A stretch of DNA of 64,000 nucleotides from Octopus sinensis (Eukaryota): positions 160,084,001 to 160,148,000 of the forward strand of contig NC_042998.1 of the NCBI RefSeq assembly GCF_006345805.1, in the 5' to 3' direction. This document shows positions 48,799 to 61,345 of this stretch, one piece after another (the stretch's first letter is position 1; the number at the start of each line of letters is the position of its first letter). Position numbers and translations under genes: made by a program. The notes under the pieces are model-generated. The model was not told the DNA's origin, ran no database searches, and saw only the letters and a list, made by a program, of their open reading frames with translations.

Positions 48799-49337
48799 CA
48801 GGCAGTGGCTCTTATGGCTTCTGATCTTAACTGATTGGAAGTGTTATCATGTACATTGTTTTGTCTTGGTATAAAAGATGGGCTACAGCAATATTCTGCT
48901 CAATACCACAGATTTGCTTGTCAGTTGTTTGACCTTAACCAGTTGAGCATGTCCCTTAGTGGCTGACGATATGTGCATCTCTGATCACGAGCAGAAGTAG
49001 TGGGGGAGCATCATAGCCATGTGTTGAGAAGGATTCTTTCGGGTTTGAATAATTCACCTCTGGAAACATGGGTGTTTCGTTCAACATCCTTAAACAACCC
49101 TTATTCAGGGACCTTTTGAGCGGGATGGGCTACTCAACCTGAAGAAAATTCTAACTGGGCCCCACCTGCAAGGTCATGTGCTTGTTTATCTTGATATGAG
49201 ATCACCATGTCGCGCACATATGGTTGTGATGCATGTGCCTGGTGTACCCTTATCAGACGGGTAGTCATGATGGGTATACTGGGCTTCGTATATTTTACCC
49301 CAGTGTCACTTTGATGGCATGCTCTGCTCGCTCACTC

Positions 49338-49379
<42 letters not shown>

Positions 49380-49389
49380 ACTACTACTA

Positions 49390-49421
<32 letters not shown>

Positions 49422-49987
49422 TACTACTACTACTACTACTACTACTACCAGGCAGTGGCTCTCATGGCTTCTGATCTTAACTGATTGGAAGTGTTATCAT
49501 GTACATTGTTTTGTCTTGGTATAAAAGATGGGCTACAGCAAATATTCTGCTCAATACCACAGATTTGCTTGTCAGTTGTTTGACCTTAACCAGTTGAGCA
49601 TGTCCCTTAGTGGCTGACGATATGTGCATCTCTGATCACGAGCAGAAGTAGTGGGGGAGCATCATAGCCATGTGTTGAGAAGGATTCTTTCGGGTTTGAA
49701 TAATTCACCTCTGGAAACATGGGTGTTTCGTTCAACATCCTTAAACAACCCTTATTCAGGGACCTTTTGAGCGGGATGGGCTACTCAACCTGAAGAAAAT
49801 TCTAACTGGGCCCCACCTGCAAGGTCATGTGCTGTTTATCTTGATATGAGATCACCATGTCGCGCACATATGGTTGTGATGCATGTGCCTGGTGTACCCT
49901 TATCAGACGGGTAGTCATGATGGGTATACTGGGCTTCGTATATTTTACCCCAGTGTCACTTTGATGGCATGCTCTGCTCGCTCACTC
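48798..49987 (+). repeat. Two tandem ~540-bp non-coding units (period 650 bp), each between (TAC)n and (AAT)n
   Basis: 48798-49337 and 49448-49987 differ at only about three positions seen by eye. Confidence 0.92.
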
Positions 49988-50024
<37 letters not shown>

Positions 50025-51062
50025 GTAATAGTAATAATCCTTTCTATTATAGGCCCAAGGCCTGAAATTTAGAGGGAAGGTGCTAGTAGATATCATCGAC
50101 CCCAGTACTTAATTGGAACTTATTTAATTGACTCAGAAAGGATGAAAGGCAAAGTCAACCTTAGCAGAATTTGAACTTGGAATGTAAAGATGGATGAAAT
50201 GCTGCTAAACATTTCACCTGGCTTGTTAACGATTCTGCCAGCTTGCCACCATAATAGGAACAATTGTAACAGTAATTATAATAAATGAATTATTTAATAT
50301 TTGAAGTTGATAGTAAGAACTTAATTAAGAATTCAAACTTTATGAGAAAAATAAGGAAAATGCTCCATAACTTTCTTAATCTTTAGAGCATATATATTCT
50401 TCATTACATTGACATGCAAATTAGATTATTTGTGTGTGTCTTAGAAATGAAAACAGAAGTGGAAAACCACTGCGTGGTTAAGATTTGCTTCCAGGTTCAG
50501 TCTCAGTGTGACACCTTGGGTAAGTGCTTTCTGCTGCAGTCCTGTGAGCAGATTTGGGAGACACACACACACACACACACACAGCATACATAAGCCACTC
50601 CCTCTGCTGAAGAGGATTGGCTTGCATGAGCCCTGTACCGGTGCCACACAAAAAGCACCCACGCTGGTACTACATAAAAGTGCCCAGCACTCTCTGTAAA
50701 GTGGTTGGCATTAGGAAGGGCATCCAGCTATAAAAACCAAGCTAAATCAGACTGAAACCTGGTGCAGCTTTCTTGGTAGCTCTAGTCAATCTGTCCAACC
50801 TATGCCAGCATGGGAAAAATGGATGTTAAGGATGGTGATGATGACAATGATGAAGTATGTGTGTGTGTGGTTGAATTTGTAAGTCCTTTATGTTCACTCA
50901 TGAAGTCTTTGCTTGCACTAGTCCACTACAAAAACATATCCAGACTTCTTGACCGGTGTGTGATCTTTGTAAACAAAAGATTCATTTGCATGGGGCTATT
51001 TGTATCTAGTTCACTGCATAAAACATGTAAGTAAAAATGATAATTAAGACCTGCACCTGTAC

Positions 51063-51225
51063 CTGTACTCAGTTTGTTTGCCAGCTGGGTTGGTAAGTTG
51101 CTCTAATAAATCTTCAGTAACACTTTGTTGGAATTTAATAGTTTTTTTATCATCTGAATCTAATTTCACACTTGATGGTGTGAACGTTAAAGGGCAGTTG
51201 TCAGAGTTTAGGTGAAGTTCAATAT
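51063..51225 (-). CDS. FASTKD5: FASTKD5-like coding exon 4 (DIELHLNSDNCPL...VTEDLLEQL...TEY)
   Basis: poly-T cag| acceptor; open frame continues the D-x-E-x-x-L motif; exact donor ambiguous among four in-phase GT sites 6 nt apart. Confidence 0.85.
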
Positions 51226-51269
51226 CTGAAAAAAAAAAAGAAAAAAAAAGTTATTCTTCTGCTATTTAA

Positions 51270-51640
51270 TTGCTGGTTTCAAATTTGGCACAACAACAAT
51301 TTAAACGAGGGAGTAACTCAATTACATACACCCCAATGCTCAACTGGTACTGATTTTACCGGCTCTGAAAGGATGAAAGGCAAAGCTGACCTCGATGGAA
51401 TTTAAACTTAGAATGTAAAGACGACAAAATGCCGCTCAGTATTTTGCCTGACATGCTAACGATTCTGCCAGCACGTTGCCTTCTGGCGTGTTATAATATT
51501 AAGTGACTGCCCGCCGAGGTCGACTTTGCCTTTCATCCTTTCGGGGTCGATAAATTAAGTACCAGTTGCGTACTGAGGTCGATCTAATCGACTGGCCCCT
51601 TCCCCAGAATTTCGGGCCTTGTGCTTTGAGTAGAAAAGAA
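51270..51640. mobile_element. Head-to-head pair of SINE copies (minus 51270-51482, plus 51509-51640)
   Basis: Same family as 18493-18723; further copies at ~36640-36835, 43155-43365, 44400-44617 and 50040-50250. Confidence 0.75.
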
Positions 51641-52156
51641 TATTAACTGACTACATATGGAACGGAATCAGTTTTATAACAACGCAGGGGACATAACTCT
51701 GCCTATTTCTTATCTGTTTAACAACATATTTGGTTGGTTGGCGACGGGGAATTAGAAGAGCATCCAGTAGTAGAATGAATTGGTCCAATAATAACCATTT
51801 CACTTAGGCAAGCATGGAAAAATGTTCACTAAAATTACTTGGAATTAATCTTTTAACCGTAGGGTAAAGAAGTGCCAAGTGATCCATATGAAAGAGGAAG
51901 ACCAAGGAAAGCATAAGGAGATTTCATGAAGTGCAGGGGGTTAAACTTTATGAAAGAGATGACAAAGGGAAACAAGTAATGAGATGCTGTGTATGAAAAA
52001 ACTTGTCCATCCAATGCAAGCATAAAAAAATAGATGTTTGATAATGATCAGATGTGAGAACCAAACTTACATTATTTACAAAAGTAGTTGCAAAATCTTT
52101 TAATAATTTAAAAAGTGAGAGAATATTTGATTGAAAAGATAAGGGAAAATGTTAAC

Positions 52157-52316
52157 CTGCTGTTGTAAAGTGTGGTAGTATCATGTGGCAGTGTACTTTT
52201 CTTGATCCAATTAATTCTACAAGTTGTTCATAGATTGGACTTAAACCAGAACGAGTTTTCAGTTCAAATTTGATGGCCCGTTGAAAATCTGACACCTGAA
52301 ATTTCTTTACTGCTTG
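52157..52316 (-). CDS. FASTKD5: FASTKD5-like coding exon 3 (QAVKKFQ...VHCHMILPHFTTA)
   Basis: ttattgtag| acceptor, |gttaac donor, 160 nt, phase 0 to 1; HMILPH motif as in FASTKD5. Confidence 0.9.
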
Positions 52317-52719
52317 CTACAATAATAGAAAAAAACCTCAATAAATATAAAATATGAAAGAGAAATATTGATAACTCTGATCTTTCATGAAAACCTATAT
52401 TTAACAAATGCAAGATAAAGAAAAGTCACCTGACTGATAGGCATAAAATCACTCACAGACATGCTCCGGCCTCTAGCCCACAGGTGTGTTGTTTCCTCCT
52501 GCAGCCTTTTCTATTTATACTATAAAAGCCTCTACTCTTCAGAACTCATACCAACTCCATTCAAGTAATTCTAACCAATTTGTCTCTCCTTTTCTCATTA
52601 CTCTTTTTCACACACTCAACACTATATTCAAATCTTCCTCCTTACATTTAGTGAAAAATTTCCCTATTTCTAGTTTAAGTGACCATAGAGAAGTTCCCAT
52701 GTAGTTTTAAGTTTTATTA

Positions 52720-53310
52720 TTAGATACAGACATAAGGCTGCAAGCTGGCAGAATTGTTAGCAAAATGCTAAGTAGCATTTTGTCTGTCTTTATGTTCATC
52801 AGCATCATTTAATGAGGTCAATTTTGCCTTCCATCCTTTTGGGGTCAATAAAATAAGTACCAGTCGAGCATGGTCGATGTAATAAACTTAGCCCTTCCCC
52901 TGAAATGCTGGCCTTGGGCCAAAATTTGAAACCAGTTACTAGATACAGACATAAGGCAGCAAGGCAAAATGCTTAGTGGCATTTCCTCCATCTTTATGTT
53001 CTGAGTTCAAATTCTGCTGAGGTTGACTTGCCTTTCATCCTTTCAGGGTCAATAAAGTAAATTACTCATCCCTTCTCTCAAAATTGCTGGCCTTGCACGA
53101 TAATTTGAAAACATAATTAAATACAGACGTAAGGCAGCAAGCTGGCAGAATCTTTAACACACTGGACAAAATGAGTTCAAATTCCACCGAAGTCAACTTT
53201 GTCTTTCATCTCTTTGGGGTTGATGAAATAAGTATCAGTCAAGTACTGGGGTTGATGTAATTGACTACCCCTCTCCCTGAAAATCTCATGCCTTGTGCCT
53301 GTAGGTGAAA
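52720..53310 (+). repeat. Tandem triplication of a SINE plus its 5' flank
   Basis: ta(g/a)atacagac(a/g)taaggc precedes each SINE at ~52721, ~52940 and ~53118. Confidence 0.8.
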
Positions 53311-53582
53311 GGATGATTAGTTACAGAAATAAATGTGTGCTTTTCGTAACCATGTGTTTCTGGGTTAAACCCCAATGAATGGCATCTTAGGTAAGTTTCT
53401 TCTATTGTAACCTTAGGCTGACCTTGTGACTGAAATTTGGTAGTTGGAAACTGTGTGGAAGCCCATCACTGACACATGTATGAATGTGTCCGTTTTTATT
53501 TTTACTACTGAAAACCAGGATCAAACTGGATCTTTTTTTCTGAAAAATGTGTATGTGTGTGTGTATTTAGATCTATACTCAC

Positions 53583-53677
53583 CTTTTTAAGCCTTAGGCC
53601 TTTATAATCTGGGCATTCAATGTGTGTTGAGTTATGTATCAAGAGAAGTTGAGATTTCTTTTCCAAACCACGAAGCC
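53583..53677 (-). CDS. FASTKD5: FASTKD5-like coding exon 2 (GLRGLEKKSQLLLIHNSTHIECPDYKGLRLKK)
   Basis: ttttcataaag| acceptor, |gtgagt donor, 95 nt, phase 1 to 0; IECPDYKG matches the FAST_2-region E-C-P-D-Y-x-G motif. Confidence 0.9.
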
Positions 53678-55707
53678 CTTTATGAAAAGAAATAAGTTAA
53701 GTGAACATAAGTAGATGCAATATAATATTTACAGCATTACTATTATGATGTTGAAGATATAGGGAGTCACCTAGGACACATTTCTGGCAATGTTTTGAAG
53801 AATCACCTTCAGTCATTCCATTATTTGACTGCTTTTTTTGTCTGTAGCATAGTTTAATGGTTTGAAGCTGACAGAGCCTCTCTTACTAGCCAGAAGATGG
53901 AGATGACACAGTGAGTGAAAGGAGATGACTACCTAAAACAACCTTCCTGAATTAAAAACACATTCCCTTTCAATTCACCATTTTTTCTGGAAAAATGAAT
54001 TGTACTCTCCTCTACATGCACCATTTGCTTGAAAAAGTTCAACATTTATAGTAGAAAGTTATTAAAATTAATAGCCAGCATTTGTTTGCACATTCAACTT
54101 TTTTTTACATTTGATTTTTTTTTTCAAAACAGTTTTAGAAGTTCAACATTCTGAACACTGAAGGTTCTGAAGATGTAAAAAGTAACTTTTCATAAATTTA
54201 TACTTTAGTTTCTCACTTCTCTGACAACATTTACAACACTTCAGTGCACCATATATGTTGACAGTAAAAGGGAATGGAGATAGATATGTGGGCACCTTAA
54301 CATAGTATCTTGGCCTGATAGAAATAACAATCAAATCTCCCTAAACCTTATACTATCTCATGTATGTATGAGCTTTGTATACTAACTTCAAATTCTACCA
54401 TGTCCTACATGGGTGATAGACTTTATTCACTGCTGGGTTCAATACCATGACATGGTACCTTGGGTACTCTGTTGCAAGCATTTAGGCAAGATTTATGATT
54501 TGAGATATCTTTCTACCTCTTTCCTACCAATCTTGGAGGCACTGTAAAGCGTTATGGTATTGCTAAAAAGATAAAACGCAATTATGCAATTCATTAAATT
54601 TTGCTACACTGAATGTTGAGTGTACCTCCAAGAATGTTGTTATTTAACCACAGGTCAGCTCTGATCAAGTAAACCTGTGATCAAAACATTCTAACCATCT
54701 GTTTATATATCATCATTTAACGTCCATTGTCCATGCTGGTATGAGTTGAATGGTGTAACTAGAGGTGGCAAGCTGGAGAGCTGTACCAGATTCCAGTTTG
54801 ATTTGGCATGGTTTCTATGGCTGAATGCCCTTCCTAATGCCAACCACTTTACAGAATGAACTGGATGCTTTTATGTGGCACTGCATGGGCGCTTTTATGT
54901 AGCATTGCATAGGTGCTTTTATGTGTTGCCTCACAGGTGCCTTTACATGTTGCCACATAGGCACTGTCACAAGTGCTTTACATCACCAGAAGGATTGATC
55001 TTAAAACTTCAGCTGTGGGAGCGTCCAGTATGTCCTTCCAATATGTATTTTAAGACAAAGAGATAGAGAGATTTCTAGCAGATACAGTAACCTCAAAGAT
55101 GAAAGATGAGATGAGGTAATTTGATTAGTAGGAAGTAAAAAAAAAACCCATAAATATGCAGTAATTTTGATATAAAGTTGAGTGCAATCACACTGAAAAT
55201 TTAGAAAATTAATCCTTTCAAAAACTATTAGTTTTATAGGGTTAAAAATATAGCTTACATATCTGAAGTTTCAGTCAGATAAATGGAAAGATCTTAGCTT
55301 AGAGCATGTAACTTTCTCCATAAAGCTTGAGCACATATTCTCTAATTAGATAAATAGAGGCAACTAGTTTTAAGTGGATTATTTGTAGACATAAAGGAAC
55401 ACTCCAGCTAAACAGTTATTAGGCAAAAGAATTCTAGATTATATTTCTAACTAGTGTAATAATATTGTATGCCAGATTTTTAACTGAGGAAATGTTTAAT
55501 TTTACCAGAGCCCCAAGTGCTTGAAGCATTTATCTCTAGAATAAATGAACTCTACCAGGTTGAAAAGCATTTTTTTGCAAACAACTACAAAAAAGTCAAA
55601 TTAACTATTGTTTTGGTATAACTTAGAATTCATGTAGTGCACCTGAACATTATACAATAAGCTCATTATTATTATTATAATGTAGTAAAAAATGACAAAC
55701 AACAAAC

Positions 55708-57046
55708 CTTGCAATAATTCAACATTTTCATCTTTCATTAAATAGTTGATAAGATTTGGGGGAAAGATTCCAAGAAATATGGAACCTATAACAGTATCAC
55801 AGACAGACTCTGGATATTCATTGTTGCCTTGATCTTCAATTTGGGAATGAATATCTATAAGAGTTTCAACGATGGTCATATCTGACTCAGTTATGCCTAA
55901 AGTTCCCACAGCCCATATGATTCTACCTATTTCTTTGGAACGAATTGAAGGCCTGTCGTTGACTATAGCCAAGGCTCTTACTAAACAGTGATGAATCAAA
56001 GCAGGATGGTAGATTCTAGTGGAAGCAAATGCCATCACGACATGCATGATTTGATTGAGAGAAAACCCATTTAATAAATCATTCAAGATTAGTTGGTCGG
56101 CAAGTCTTTCAAAAAAACTTACTTTACAATAACCAGCATGGCGAAAAGCCTTCAGCACATTTATGAGGTGATTAGGTTTAAACGATCCTAACTGTGCAAG
56201 TGTTCTTTCAGCAAACTCATCGAGAAGGTTAAAAGAAAAGATTCTTCGGTTAGCACGGAAATATCCCAAACAGACCAAGCCAATTTCATCTGCATTAAGA
56301 TCCATGACTATTCCAGACAAGTGGTCTTCTATTTTTTGTAACAAAGTTTCTGGTCCACTTCCATGGAAGTATATATAGAACAGGGTTAGTTTTAATATGC
56401 TCGGTTCATTAATAACGTGATCAAATTCGTTGTCGATGTATTCAAATAATGTACTCAAATACTTAGGACAACGAAAATAACACGAGAAAAATAAATGAGC
56501 TGCTAAAAACTTTTCGTTCAATTCCAATTCAGAAAATTTTCCTAAAATCGTTTGTTCAATTTCTTTTAATTCATATAAGGGGAATTGTTTATTCGAGTGA
56601 AGATTTTGAAGCAGATCCTTTGCAGATAGATTGCTGGAGCTTTTCAGCTTTCCATAAAATTCCATATTTTCCATTGGACGAATATGTTCTGAAAGTGACA
56701 AGGAATTGTAGATACCATGACCAACATTGAATGAGACAGGTCGTCTTCGAGAGACTTTGTTAGTCGTTTTCCGCGATGTTTTAGTGTCATTTTGAGACAG
56801 TTCGAAGCTGGGAACGGTGGATAGAAGGCATATTTTTGAAGCATAAGCATTAAATCGTGGACACTTGGGACGAATTATAGTATTTGCACTGCATATTTCG
56901 AACAGAGATATTGGATTCTGTTTTCTTACCTGGTTATAAAAAATTCTTTTGATAGAAGAAGGAAGCTGGAACAGCATAGCTAGCAAAAAGATTTGTTGAC
57001 TTAAATCTGACCAACAATACTTATTAGTTATCTCCCTTGCACTCAT
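55708..57046 (-). CDS. FASTKD5: FAST kinase domain-containing protein 5-like, coding exon 1 (N-terminus and helical repeat region)
   Basis: Long ORF with Leu-rich helical repeats (e.g. FSLNQIMHVVMAFAST, IRSKEIGRIIWAVGTLG, YPESVCDTVIGSIFLGIFP). Donor CAAG|GTTTGT at 55708/55707 (phase 1); the ORF-track tail beyond ELLQG is intronic. Acceptor ttatcag near 57081 upstream. Alternative start Met at 56977 (MLFQLPSSIKR) resembles a mitochondrial presequence. Confidence 0.9.
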
Positions 57047-57809
57047 AACCTTGATAGCTTTAGTGAAGGGGATTTCTAAACTGATAAGAGATATAGATAT
57101 ATATATATATATATATAATATATATATATATATATTATATATATATATATATATATCTGTGTGTGCATGAGAGACTGTGTGAGTTCAATAATAATAATAC
57201 TGCAATAAAAGTACTAATAATATATCTTTAAATAACAATTAACAATTATAAAAAAAAACACAAGAAACAACAAAAGCACAAAAAAACAAAAAGAAAACAC
57301 AAACTAACGAACAGAAAAATTTCCAGAAAAGTGTACGCTTATTTCTTTTATGATTAAAATAAAAATAATTTCGTTGATTATTCTTTAAGCGGTTACGTGC
57401 TCAGAATTTACACCGGCGGTGCTGTTGCTAATATACTTTAAGTTTACCCTCCGGTGTCATTGAAACCAGGTAAATTCAGCCCTAACTTAACTTTTACTTA
57501 ATTTCTATTTTGATTTATGTTTAAATTCTGTGTGGGTGGAAATTCTCTGTAACTGTTATCTTATTGCATATATGAAAGTGTGTGGGTTTAATTAAGAAGG
57601 GAAGTTTGTTTATATTTTCTACTGTCACATGTTCATTGGACGGTCATGTTACTTAGTTTACTTGTGTATAATTCTTTTTATCGTATCTTTACTGTTATAT
57701 TTAATCACAAATTATCTCCTGTTATACTCTGGGATGAGAACGAAAACATCTAACCATAGAATTCTATTCTTTCAAACTATACAAATTCGTATCATCTTGT
57801 AAATAGCTT

Positions 57810-58900
57810 AACATGCTTGGATACATCGTCAGTGTTTGTATACTAGTTGAGGAGTGTCTCAGGTCTTACAACATACACCCTCATTCAAGTGACTGGGCCC
57901 AGGTTGATCAAATCTAGACTTAAGTCCGAGCGCATTCTACTACTCCTACTAACTACCTCTTTCCAGCCAAGGCCATATGGGTGCCTTCTCAACAGCTTCT
58001 ACGTTATCCTTGATGGCTGTTTTGATTCCTCCTCTAACATTTCCACAAGCCTTTCAACCTGTGAATTCTCGACTGCCAGCCTCCACAGGCAAACACCATG
58101 TTCTCCATTCATTCTCGTGACAATCCTCTACCAATTCCTGGTACACGATTCTTTTTCTCTATTGCGCCTCTTCTATCGTCTCCTCCCAAGACACAGTTAA
58201 CTCCAATAGGATTAGCTACGTTGTTGTCTTAGAAACCAAGATTTGGTCTAAGCGGGGTCTGGATGATATGTGCTGGAAATTCTAGTTGTTTTTCCAGTTC
58301 AGCTTCCTTCAACTTGTGGAAAGTAATCCTTCGTGGCTATTTTTGTGTATTTTCGCTGTCTTCACTCCTTAACAAAGGCTATCATTCTGGCTGTAGTGCT
58401 GATATTTTTACCGTTACTGATCCTGTTAGAAATTGCTTCCGTGATGGTATCTCCATTGATAGCATCCTTATTACTCAGTACTTTGGAGTAACTGCTTAAG
58501 CTGTGCTTGTGGGTGTCCTCCATCAAGAACTCGATCCTCATCTGCTCCCACTTCATCCAGTGTACCAGGCTTGATATTTAGTGAAGACTGTCGACAGTAC
58601 AGTCTCATTCCTCTTTTTGTATTGTGCTGCCCAGACTACTCCAACAGTTTTCTAGTCTCATACCTATTAACACAAAAATCACACAATATTTCTGTCTGAG
58701 ACCCAAATCTTATGCTATATTTCCAATCAATCTCTGTTGCTCAAACTATTTTCTATATCCAACTTTACTTTAACGAGTTGCATCACTCTTGCTATCACTC
58801 ATCTTTCTTATCAAGATCTCAGCAATAATACTTCCAGTTACTCTTGTTAAGAATGTCTCTTCCCTACTTTCTTAAATTTATTTGTTGCTTCTGCTGTTTC
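57810..58900 (-). mobile_element. Decayed Hero-like RLE non-LTR retrotransposon 3' part
   Basis: QLEFPAHIIQTPLRP...ILLELTVSWEETIEEA...YQELVEDC...W...PVEAGSR, interrupted by frameshifts. Confidence 0.75.
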
Positions 58901-59556
58901 CTGAACTCCTTCAACCAACTTCAACCTGAAGAATATTAATTTGACCATCTACTGAAGAAGTGTAACTGGCCAAAAAGAAAAGAGGCATGCAAGTTCCCAT
59001 GAACATCAAAATAGTCAATTTATTCTTCCAAGAAAAAATAAACCATTCCTTGCAGCTGTCAGGTCCAGTCAGCAAGCACAAGTATAGTTGGTAAAGCAAA
59101 AAATGTGTATGTAACATTATGTGTGGAGGAGGGAAAGTTCAGTAATACATAGATTGAACAGTTCCACAGGTGCTGGTGAGACAGAGGATTGCACTGAGCT
59201 CCAATGTCTGTTTCTATAGCTGTCCTAATGCCAACCACTTTACAGTGTACCAGGTGCTTTTTACTAGCACCAGTGAGGTCAGCATGAATCTCACAAGATA
59301 AGGCACCTCAACTGAGTGGGGAGTAGTATTGAGGGAGGTGGCTTTATGCCAGGTGATGAGAGGTTAAAGCATGATTGAGAGACAGATATAGGTGTCTTGC
59401 TGTAGGTGGGATACATGGCTACCCCAATCAAAAAAGAGAGATGGTGGTGAAAATATGTCAGAGCATACTCTCAAGTTACACGAAGGTGAATATGCAAGAG
59501 TAGCAATTAATAAGGAAATGAGAAAATTATATGAACCCCATATATATATATATATA

Positions 59557-60620
59557 TCATCATCATCATTTAACGTCTGTTTTCCATGCTAGCATGGGTT
59601 GGATGGTTCGACCAGGGTCTGGGAAGCCAGGAGGCTGCACCAGGCACCAGTCTGACCTGGCATTGTTTCTACAGGTGGATGCCTTTCCTAACGCCAACCA
59701 CTCCATGAGTGTAATGGGTGTTTTTTATGTGCCACCGGCACAGGGGCCAGAGGAGGTTGGCAAATGGCCACGATCGGTTGCTGCTTTTACGTATCATCGA
59801 CATGGATGCCAGTTAAGTGGCGCTGGCATCTGCCACGTTTGGACAGTGCTTTTTACATGTCACTGGCACGGCTATCTTAACTACAATTTCCATTTGAATT
59901 TTATTTTGATGTTGGTGTTGACGTACTTGACTCAATAGGTCTCCTCAAGAACAGCGGGTCACTCTACGATCCAAGGTTAGCACAGCAGGCCATTCAGCGA
60001 GCCATGAACTCACTTCATTTGTCGGGTCTTCACAGTCACAGCATATCCCAGAGGTCTCGGTCTTTGTCATTTCCTCTGTGAGGCCCTACGTGCCACTGGC
60101 ACGGGTATCACAACTACAATATCCATACGATTTTTATTTTGATGTTGATGAACTTGACACAATAGGTCTCCTCAAGCACAGCAGGCCGTTCTGCAAGCCA
60201 TGAACTCACTTCATTTGTTGGGTCTTCGAAGTCACAGCATATCTCCAGAGGTCTTGGTCTTTCGTCATAGCCTCTGTGAGGCTCAACGTACAAAGGTCAT
60301 GCTTGACCACTTTATCCCATGTCTTACTGGGTCTACCCCGGATTCCTTCAACAGTTTGGGAGTCCCATTTCTTCACACATCTCTCCTCATCCATCTGTAC
60401 TACATAACCATACCAACGCAAAATCTCTCCTGCACTCTGCATCCGATGCTTCTTATGCCCAACATTTCTCTCAGGGCGCTTACACTCTGTCGTGCATGGA
60501 CACTGACATTACACATCCAGCGGATCATGCTAGCTTCATTTCTTTCGAGCCTACGCATGTCCTCCACAGTCACAGCCCATGTTTCACTGCTGTGAAGCTT
60601 GGCAGTTCGCACACAACCTT
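59557..60620 (-). mobile_element. RTE-type LINE 3' end with ~230-bp tandem duplication
   Basis: LHSSETWAV..., LRWYG..., RGRPSKTW; tail gcatggaaaacagacgttaaatgatgatg; 59861-60090 repeated at 60091-60290. Confidence 0.82.
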
Positions 60621-61136
60621 ATGTACTTTCTAAAATCTCTGACAAAGCCTAGAGAAACACCCAAGTACCTCAATTTGATCTACTAATTACTTCAGTCTAC
60701 TGGAGGGATAAAGGTAGAATGAGGTATTTTTGCCTCTTGGCTGAAAAAGCTGTAAGATATTTTCCCAATTTCTATTCCTGTATGTTATATTTTAATAATT
60801 ACTGGTATCTTTATATATTTTATATGTAAAGCTTAATATGTTATACACGTATGTATATTCTTGTAATTGTCATTTTAGTAAATAAATAAATAAATTGACA
60901 TAGTATAATGTCTGAAAGTTCATGAACCACCTGTTGATCCCCTCCATTTTGTTATTGCTCTATAAATTAATGGTAAAATAACTCTTTACCCTCACCAATT
61001 TAGTACACTCGGTAATCTAATTGCAATGGAATTAAAAAGACTTGTGTATTAATAATTGAGTATTCTACCAGCAGTATATTGGATATATTATCCCTTAGTT
61101 GGTTGGATTCACAACCTCTAACTTTCTTGGAATATA

Positions 61137-61173
<37 letters not shown>

Positions 61174-61179
61174 CATTCC

Positions 61180-61345
61180 AAAATTTAAAATTTAAACAGA
61201 AACATTACAAAGGAACAAATGGAAAATCCACGCACAAGATGGGATACTGCTCATTCTTTTGATAAGTGATGAGGAATGAGCAATGTCCCATCTTGTGTGT
61301 GAATTTTCCATTTGTTCCTTTGCTGTGTTTCTGTTTAAATTTTGT
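61180..61345. repeat. Inverted repeat, ~75-bp arms
   Basis: aaatttaaacagaaac...acaagatggga..tgctcattc / gaatgagca...tcccatcttgt...gtttctgtttaaattt. Confidence 0.8.

Noticed and set aside
49233-50065. Duplicated small ORFs MCLVYPYQTGSHDG...NNNN
   Set aside because: Run into AAT/ACT microsatellites inside the duplicated non-coding repeat.
52720-53310. CRISPR-like repeat-spacer array
   Set aside because: The spacers are homologous SINE copies; eukaryotic context, no cas genes.
55601-55707. C-terminal tail of the 481-aa ORF (LLFVIFYYIIIII...) as a transmembrane segment
   Set aside because: Read-through into the intron after the GT donor at 55707; FASTKD homology resumes in the next exon.
57810-57880. 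Hammerhead-like CTGACGA near the Hero 3' end
   Set aside because: GAAA box is degenerate (GAGAC) and the helices cannot be assembled in this copy.
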